DNA of 64,000 nt from a virus. Every line of letters starts with the position of its first letter. Position 1 is the first letter of the stretch. The notes under the pieces are model-generated. The model was not told the origin of the DNA, did not search any database, and was given only the letters and a program-made list of their open reading frames with translations. A program made the translations under genes and the position numbers. Positions 57,776 to 64,000 of this stretch are shown here, one piece after another. The stretch lies in the IMG/VR virus record IMGVR_UViG_3300036766_000889; one strand, written 5' to 3'.

Positions 57776-58150
57776 TTACGGTTCGAATCCTTCAGCGTGA
57801 GTGAGCCAGTTTCCTGAGCGTATTTCTCGACAGTGTGCAACTTGTCTCGGAGTAAGCAAGTACGTCTGTACGGTCGAGCCGTCGGTCAGTTGGATGGGCT
57901 GGCGGCGATAGAGTGACGGGTGATCCTCGAGTTGGTCGAGCGCAGCGAGTTGGTCTTCGTTGACTTCGAAGACCTCACCAACGATCGACTGCGACCCGCC
58001 AGCGACTACCCCGGGGAATCCTCCGAGCGAGTGCATGCGATAGGCGGGCATGGTCATGGCCGGTCCCACGAACCGCGCTCGCGACAGCAGGCGGTGGTTC
58101 CCTTCTCCGCGCAGCAGGGTTCCATATACGAACACCAGCGACGTCGTCAT
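57776..58150 (-). CDS. gamma-glutamylcyclotransferase (AIG2-like)
   Basis: VFVYGTLLRG..NH, GEVFEV, LDQLE..YRR. Confidence 0.9.
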   Translation of the reverse strand: MTTSLVFVYGTLLRGEGNHRLLSRARFVGPAMTMPAYRMHSLGGFPGVVAGGSQSIVGEVFEVNEDQLAALDQLEDHPSLYRRQPIQLTDGSTVQTYLLTPRQVAHCREIRSGNWLTHAEGFEP

Positions 58151-58193
58151 AATTTCCCCTTGCGGCTCGAGCCAGAACCCGGCGATCAAAGCA

Positions 58194-58601
58194 TTATTTA
58201 TTCTTTGGCGGTGGATAAGAAGAATCTTTTTCAGGAACCGTATTTTGAATCACGCGCAAAACTGGTCCCCATCCATGTGCTATTGCCATTGATTCTAGTA
58301 CTGTGTGTCCGATCATCGTAAAGGCTCCGGCAAGCATGCCAGCATTGATGGCACCGCCACGACTCGTAACGAATTCAATTGATGGCATGAATGGCCAAAG
58401 CGCTCCCCAAAGCGCTCCCGCAATAATCGGGTGTAATGGGAGAGTAGAACGTGCGAATAGCCATATCCCGCCATTCTTAGCACGTTTCTTCGTCCAAATT
58501 CTCTTCTTGGCGACCTGCCCGAATAACCATATTACTAGTACTTGAGTGATGAATGGCCAGTATGGGCCAGCTTCTGCAAGAATTTTCGTCAAATCTGGCA
58601 T
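58194..58601 (-). CDS. membrane protein, holin-like candidate
   Basis: About 3 hydrophobic segments with a basic loop. Confidence 0.45.
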   Translation of the reverse strand: MPDLTKILAEAGPYWPFITQVLVIWLFGQVAKKRIWTKKRAKNGGIWLFARSTLPLHPIIAGALWGALWPFMPSIEFVTSRGGAINAGMLAGAFTMIGHTVLESMAIAHGWGPVLRVIQNTVPEKDSSYPPPKNK

Positions 58602-58666
58602 AAATCACCTTCTAACTCAGTTGAGAAAGAAGGCTTATCGTAAACTCAATACTAACAAGATAAAAT

Positions 58667-59389
58667 TCATGTTCCAGTTCCATGTTCAAGATAGAACTCT
58701 TTGTAAATGCCGGTAGTAAGTCCATAATCTAAAAGGACTAAATTTCCTGAAGCAGACTTACCCCAGTGTTCAAGTACTACTAAATCTTCGTACTCTAAAC
58801 CAAAACCTTTTAGTTTTTCAAGAATTTTAATTGCACTCTTGCATGACTCTTTATCTTGATCAGTAATAGGTTCAGATCTATAAAAATGGAATTCTTCAAC
58901 AAACAGATCGTATGCTCGTTTTGATGATAACCCATCGGCTAAAATAAATTGAGCAAGAGTTCCGAAAAGGTTCATACTTACGCCCGCTAATGACTCGAAT
59001 TCATGATTATTATTAATCGGCCTAACGAGTTCTGATAAGATCCATCTAAATTCATGATCAGTATCAAATATTTTGGTGCATATTTGTTTAGTTTGTGGAT
59101 TTGTGTACATATCCACTTCCGCTCGATTTTGAGCAGTTCCAGCGCCATTTTCGCGACCACGAAATGAAATGGCGATTTTTAGTACTTTAGATCCACTCAA
59201 TAAATAACAAGCTCTTGATGACCCTTGTCCAAGTTTCTTTAGTTTATCTCCAGCGTATTCATTCATTTCGTTCGCTGAATTAAGGTTTTTAAACTCATTC
59301 CAGTCAAACTTATTACTTTTGTCTTCATGCCGAATCCCAAATCGGTTCGGTTGAGTCGCCAAACGAATGGCTATGCGAAATAAGTCCAT
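58667..59389 (-). CDS. protein-kinase-like protein, paralogue 1
   Basis: LGQGSSR, VLKIA, QNRAE, EDL....HWG, LLDYG. Confidence 0.75.
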   Translation of the reverse strand: MDLFRIAIRLATQPNRFGIRHEDKSNKFDWNEFKNLNSANEMNEYAGDKLKKLGQGSSRACYLLSGSKVLKIAISFRGRENGAGTAQNRAEVDMYTNPQTKQICTKIFDTDHEFRWILSELVRPINNNHEFESLAGVSMNLFGTLAQFILADGLSSKRAYDLFVEEFHFYRSEPITDQDKESCKSAIKILEKLKGFGLEYEDLVVLEHWGKSASGNLVLLDYGLTTGIYKEFYLEHGTGT

Positions 59390-59470
59390 ACCCACTTTTT
59401 TCGGCCCGTTTTAGTCCACAATCTCTTCTTCGCGACTTAACCAATCAACCAAATTACATTTCTGCTGACA

Positions 59471-60184
59471 TTATGTACCCGTTCCTTGTTCACGATAAAA
59501 TTCTTTATATACACCGGTAGTAAATCCATAGTCAAGAAGAACTATGTTTCCTGAAGCAGATATGCCCCACTGCTCAGGTGACAAATCTTCATACCTTAAG
59601 TCAAGACTTTTCAGATTACTGAGAATCTCGGCAACATCTTTGTTCTGTTCATGTTGTTTATCACGATCGTCAATATCATGAGACTGTACCTCGATGATTT
59701 CACGGCAAATTTCATCGACGGAAAAATTTCTTTCAATTAATCTAGCAATCAAAAAAAAGTCTCTAGTTTTAACGCCCATTTTTGATTCGAATTCAGAATG
59801 ACTGGTGATAGGTCTAACCAGTTCAGATATCACCCATCTAAATTCAGGGTCAAAATCGAAAATTTTAGCGCAAATAGGCTTCGTCTTTGGATTTGTATAA
59901 ACGTCAACTTCTGCTTTGTTTTGAGCAATTCCTGCACCGCCAGTTTCAATACCACGAAATCTTTTGGATATCTTCAATACCTTTGATCCGCTCAAAACAT
60001 AACATCTTCTAGATGACCCTTCCCCAAGCCTTTCTAACCTTTCATTAGCATAATCATCCATTTCACGAATAGAACTTAGATTCTTAAACTCAGATAAACT
60101 GAATTTATTACCTTTATCCTTATGTCTAGTCCCGGACTCAAGTGGGACAGAAGATATACGAGCAGCTATTCGAAGAAGATCCAC
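59471..60184 (-). CDS. protein-kinase-like protein, paralogue 2
   Basis: LGEGSSR, VLKIS, QNKAE, EDL...QWG, LLDYG. Confidence 0.75.
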   Translation of the reverse strand: MDLLRIAARISSVPLESGTRHKDKGNKFSLSEFKNLSSIREMDDYANERLERLGEGSSRRCYVLSGSKVLKISKRFRGIETGGAGIAQNKAEVDVYTNPKTKPICAKIFDFDPEFRWVISELVRPITSHSEFESKMGVKTRDFFLIARLIERNFSVDEICREIIEVQSHDIDDRDKQHEQNKDVAEILSNLKSLDLRYEDLSPEQWGISASGNIVLLDYGFTTGVYKEFYREQGTGT

Positions 60185-60206
60185 GCTCGAAATATATAAA
60201 AAAAGC

Positions 60207-60677
60207 TTATTTTCCTACTATGATCGCGTATGTACCGTGACGCCATACATGAACAACAGCCGTTCTTAAAGCACGGGATGCTTCAATGATATCTGTAGGA
60301 AACTTTATAGATATATTAGCTTCGGCTTCCCAACACTCTGGGAATGCACCACCCTGTCGTGAAATATTTTTAGTGGAACACTCCGTTTTGTTGTACATGG
60401 AGCACGACCACCGCTCTGAGCATAAAGGTGATGAAATCTTCAATAACGCTCCGACAGGAGGAGTCTTCAAAAGTGACTTCAGTTCAGTGTCGTAACCTCG
60501 TTTCGCTGATTCAAGTGCTTCACGCGAAGCTCTTGTGCAACGATCAAGAACATCTGCTGACGCAATAATCACTTCCGGATCGTTCATTTCCGGGATGCGT
60601 TCAGGATCAAATTCTGCAATTTTCAGTTCTTCACCGGTACTAAGGTCTATGATATAATCAACCGGGTGGATCAGCAT
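60207..60677 (-). CDS. hypothetical protein
   Basis: Cys cluster; overlaps the primase Zn-finger gene. Confidence 0.55.
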   Translation of the reverse strand: MLIHPVDYIIDLSTGEELKIAEFDPERIPEMNDPEVIIASADVLDRCTRASREALESAKRGYDTELKSLLKTPPVGALLKISSPLCSERWSCSMYNKTECSTKNISRQGGAFPECWEAEANISIKFPTDIIEASRALRTAVVHVWRHGTYAIIVGK

Positions 60678-61317
60678 CTGTACTCACAACGTTCAGATTT
60701 TCTGGAAGAGCGGTTATGTCGTTCACCATGGATATAGCTCTCATGAGAACTGATACCATTTCTGGGGTAGAGACCTGGGTTTTGTCATAATCATATTGAA
60801 CGGAGTCAATAAGACGGCAAAATTTAATATAATCTGACATACCACAACGATCACGAATTGAAATGAGTTTTTTCTCGAGAATCGCCAAAACTCTCGGAAC
60901 ATCACTCCACTTATCAGAAACGTACTCAGATTTTCGTTCAGAAGGTTCGACAATTTCCGGACCTTCTGGTCTGCGTGGTATTTTGATTCGGAATCTTTTC
61001 TCAAGATCCACCAACGCGTCCATGAACCTTAGTCCACGAAATTTCGCATATAAATTTATTGAGTCCAGTCGAACTTTGCACTTGAAACAAAAAAAGTGGG
61101 GCCTCTGACCAGATCCGTAGTAACGAGCAGATGGTCGATTGTCAGGGCCATGTCCAGGAAGCGGACAACTTATTTGAAAATCAGTTCGTTCTTCTGGAAT
61201 GTCAATATTATTACTAGTAAGAATGTCGTACATAGATATGTGCGACTCGACTTCACGTACTCTTCTCACAATCCATTCTTGAAATTCTGTTTTAGAATCT
61301 TTGTGATTTGTTGTCAT
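60658..61317 (-). CDS. primase CHC2 zinc-finger domain protein (no TOPRIM)
   Basis: SCPLPGHG.DNRPSA..Y..FFCFKC..F..A. Confidence 0.75.
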   Translation of the reverse strand: MTTNHKDSKTEFQEWIVRRVREVESHISMYDILTSNNIDIPEERTDFQISCPLPGHGPDNRPSARYYGSGQRPHFFCFKCKVRLDSINLYAKFRGLRFMDALVDLEKRFRIKIPRRPEGPEIVEPSERKSEYVSDKWSDVPRVLAILEKKLISIRDRCGMSDYIKFCRLIDSVQYDYDKTQVSTPEMVSVLMRAISMVNDITALPENLNVVSTDADPPG

Positions 61318-61322
61318 TAAAA

Positions 61323-62297
61323 ATGGGAACCTATGAAAAACTTATATCCAGTCATGCTGAACGAATAAACAAAATATCTAATGAATTTTTACGTTGTTTA
61401 CCTGATTGTCGTACAGACAGGAAAGCATTAATTAAAAGTGGACTAAGTAAAAACATGCTCAGGAAACTTAAAAATAGAGACCAAATTTTTATATCAAAGT
61501 ATAGAGAAATACACAGGGAGATTGAGTTAAATAGGTTATGCAGAAAATGTGGAGTCACATTTACACCGGAAAAACATAGGAAAAACTCAGTGTCATTTTC
61601 AGTATGCATAGGGTGTTCAACAAAATACTATAACATGCACCTTGATAATCCAGAAGCAAGAGTTAAACGAATTATTGCATCAGCGTCAACACGCGGTGAA
61701 TGTTCGTTAAAACCAAACCGTGTAATAAAACATCTTGACTCAACAAAATGGGTGTGTTCCTTATCAGGGGTCGTGATGACAACTGAGTCTGGACCAGATT
61801 GTGTGAGTCCAGATCGTATTGTTTCACATGATGGGTATTCAGTTAAAAATGTTCAGTTTGTTAGAAGACGAGTGAATTTAATGAGAGGAATGCTAAAATT
61901 AGATGAATTTATACACTTATGTAATCTTGTTAGTAATCCCGTTATTTATAAATCAAAAGTGTTTATTGATGAAAAACTTTTAAAAGAGTCGGCACGAAAA
62001 TTGATAAGAGACATAACAAGGAGAAAGAAACCATGCAACATATCAATAGATAATATCATAACCATTGTAAAGCGTCAAAACGGAGTTTGTTTTTATACCG
62101 GACTACCGATGAAAATTGAAAAAGGAAGAAATGATCCTTGTCAAGTTAGTATCGATAGAAAAAACTCGAGTGAAGGGTATTTGATAAACAACGTAGTTGC
62201 TTGTAGGCTAGATGTCAACAGAATGAAGTATGATATGAGTACTGAAACATTCATATCAGAATGTGATAGAATTTCTAGCATGAATGTTTCAGTATAA
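61323..62297 (+). mobile_element. homing-type endonuclease with two His-Me/HNH-like domains
   Basis: C.LSG..SPDRI.S..GY...NVQ and C.YTG..SIDRK.S..GY...NVV. Confidence 0.75.
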
Positions 62298-62489
62298 TGA
62301 TGAAAGCACGTTACTTGGATTGGTGTGCTTTCATCAATAAGCATTTCACCGTGTCCAAATTCATTTATACACGAATACGTTGTATAAGCATCACGTACAG
62401 TTATATAATTGAGACGTTTCTAAGAAGTGGTGGATCATGCCCGGGGTTACCGCGCATGTATTCAACAACGCCAACCATTTCTTAGAAAC
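62298..62489. other. structured intergenic region with three hairpins
   Basis: Stems 62298-62309/62325-62336, 62365-62371/62381-62387, 62416-62426/62479-62489. Confidence 0.6.
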
Positions 62490-62495
62490 AATCCA

Positions 62496-63665
62496 TCATC
62501 CTTTAACACAGAGAATTTCTTTGAGACACGCCATAATCTCTACTAAATCTACCTGATAGGCCATAACTTGATCCAAGTCTTTGTAAGCACCTGGTATCTC
62601 ATCCAAAACTCCTTGGTCTTTTCGGCATTCGACTCCTGCCGTTTGTGCAGCCAAGTCCTCTAATGTGAACGTCCGTTTAGCAGCTCCACGGGACATTTTT
62701 CGTCCCGCCCCATGTGATGCTGAATGAAACGATTCTAAATTACCTAATCCGCGTACGATATAAGACTTAGTACCCATGGATCCAGGTATAATCCCCATTT
62801 CACCCAAGCGAGCAGATATGGCACCTTTGCGCGTCACCAACACTTCCTCTCCGAAGTGATTCTCTTCAGAGACATAATTATGGTGACACGTTATGGGCAC
62901 TTCATATTTGACTTGTGGGAACATTTTGAACATTATATCCAAACTGATTTTCAACATGATCTGTCGGTTGGCTAATGCGTAATCTTGACACCAATTTAGA
63001 TCGCGCCGATATGCATCCATTTCAGTAGTCCCAGATAGAAATACTGCTAGATCCCTATCTGGTAATGCTTGGTTGTGCGTCAACTGCATGGCCTTACCGA
63101 TGTGGATCTCAGCTAACGTCTTACCGATATTACGAGATCCGGAATGCAACATTATCCATACACTTTGATCTTCATCTAAGCAAAGAGACCAAAAATGATT
63201 GCCGCCTCCGAGCGTCCCCATTTGCTTGCGTGCTTTGCCAAGAATATCCTGAACTTTGTCATGCAAATTATGAAATTCGTCCCATAATTTATGCTTGTCA
63301 GCATATTTATTAGTATACTCATGAGCGTTGAACCCGACAGGGATCTTCGCTTCAATCTCCAGCCGCAACGCTTGCAGCGAGTTCGGGAGATCTGATGCCA
63401 TGAGGTTGGTTTTAACTGCGATCATTCCACAGCCAATATCCACACCTACCGCGCTTGGAGATACCGCACCCTTCATAGCGATTACAGAACCTACCGTCGC
63501 TCCTTTGCCATAGTGGACATCAGGCATGACCGCAATATGATGGAAAACCCAAGGTAGAGAAGCAACGTTTCTTAGTTGGTCTAGGGCGCTACTCTCAACC
63601 TCATGAATTGGCACCCACAACTTAACCGGAACAGTCTTCCCTTTAATTTCTGAAATTGACATCAC
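62496..63665 (-). CDS. rtcB: RtcB RNA ligase
   Basis: MPDVH, VGVDIGCG, GGGNHF, HSGSR, HHNY, HGAGR, DEIPGAYK. Confidence 0.97.
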   Translation of the reverse strand: MMSISEIKGKTVPVKLWVPIHEVESSALDQLRNVASLPWVFHHIAVMPDVHYGKGATVGSVIAMKGAVSPSAVGVDIGCGMIAVKTNLMASDLPNSLQALRLEIEAKIPVGFNAHEYTNKYADKHKLWDEFHNLHDKVQDILGKARKQMGTLGGGNHFWSLCLDEDQSVWIMLHSGSRNIGKTLAEIHIGKAMQLTHNQALPDRDLAVFLSGTTEMDAYRRDLNWCQDYALANRQIMLKISLDIMFKMFPQVKYEVPITCHHNYVSEENHFGEEVLVTRKGAISARLGEMGIIPGSMGTKSYIVRGLGNLESFHSASHGAGRKMSRGAAKRTFTLEDLAAQTAGVECRKDQGVLDEIPGAYKDLDQVMAYQVDLVEIMACLKEILCVKG

Positions 63666-64000
63666 AAACCCTCACCGATTTCCCACCGAATGAATCGTCG
63701 GATATTAACCTTTTCACCAAGCTTGGCGCTTAATTCTACTTGAATTTGTTCGATGGTCTTACCTGGCATGGCCACCGATTCCTGCTCAAGCAAGCAGACC
63801 TCGGAACACCACTTCATATACTTGCCCGAGAAAATCTTCTGTTTCCGATCCTCTGGAACATCCACAGGAATTTGAGCCCTAAACACAGCTTCTTGGGCTT
63901 CCCACGCTTCTAAGGGAACCTGTTGTTCACGCACTGCCAACGGGGATGTCGCTACGATTTGAAACATCACCAAATCAGCGAATTGTTTGAAGTCAACAGA
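63662..64000 (-). CDS. tsf: elongation factor Ts homologue, C-terminal part (runs off right edge)
   Basis: F..L.MFQIVA..P, KI..GK, EVCLLEQ, KLGEKVNIRRFIRWEIGE; frame open to 64000. Confidence 0.8.
   Translation of the reverse strand, partial: SVDFKQFADLVMFQIVATSPLAVREQQVPLEAWEAQEAVFRAQIPVDVPEDRKQKIFSGKYMKWCSEVCLLEQESVAMPGKTIEQIQVELSAKLGEKVNIRRFIRWEIGEGL

Noticed and set aside
29824-63665. Inteins or group I introns in recA, the polymerase or rtcB
   Set aside because: Motifs are contiguous, with no splice-junction residues or interrupting ORFs; endonucleases are free-standing
1-64000. Alternative genetic code
   Set aside because: Long conserved genes are intact in code 11, and TAA, TAG and TGA all serve as stops
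1-64000. Bacterial chromosome or eukaryotic giant virus origin
   Set aside because: Fibre genes, homing endonucleases, split enzymes and dense small ORFs with bacterial-type RuvB, RecA, sigma and EF-Ts fit a large phage

Overview
This 64 kb window looks like part of a large (jumbo-type) dsDNA bacteriophage genome read in the standard code 11. It is gene-dense with many small ORFs and lacks bacterial housekeeping operons. The host is possibly a high-GC bacterium (inference only). Bases 1-5.7 kb are a visibly GC-rich, minus-strand tail-fibre/appendage module of paralogous, translationally coupled genes. The rest is more AT-rich and carries: (i) replication/recombination genes (family A DNA polymerase, primase Zn-finger, gp32-like SSB, RecA, RuvB, RuvC-like resolvase, a RuvA-C-terminal-domain protein, N-half of SbcC/Rad50, UvsY-like); (ii) five free-standing homing-type endonucleases; (iii) a sigma70-type factor, Dam methylase, DnaJ, RtcB and an EF-Ts homologue; and (iv) auxiliary enzymes (carboxy(nor)spermidine dehydrogenase and decarboxylase, AdoMetDC-like decarboxylase, nitrilase-family amidase, pyroglutamyl peptidase, GGCT, ferritin-like, HD, MazG, Nudix, two kinase-like paralogues). 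The most notable patterns not explained by gene names are a candidate phage polyamine pathway, a shared N-terminal leader on otherwise unrelated proteins (possible capsid-targeting signal), a shared C-terminal tag on small proteins, a shared DYxSLxD tail on SSB and the UvsY-like protein, recurrent leaderless -10 promoters, and a structured non-coding region next to rtcB. All family calls come from motif recognition by eye, not database searches.
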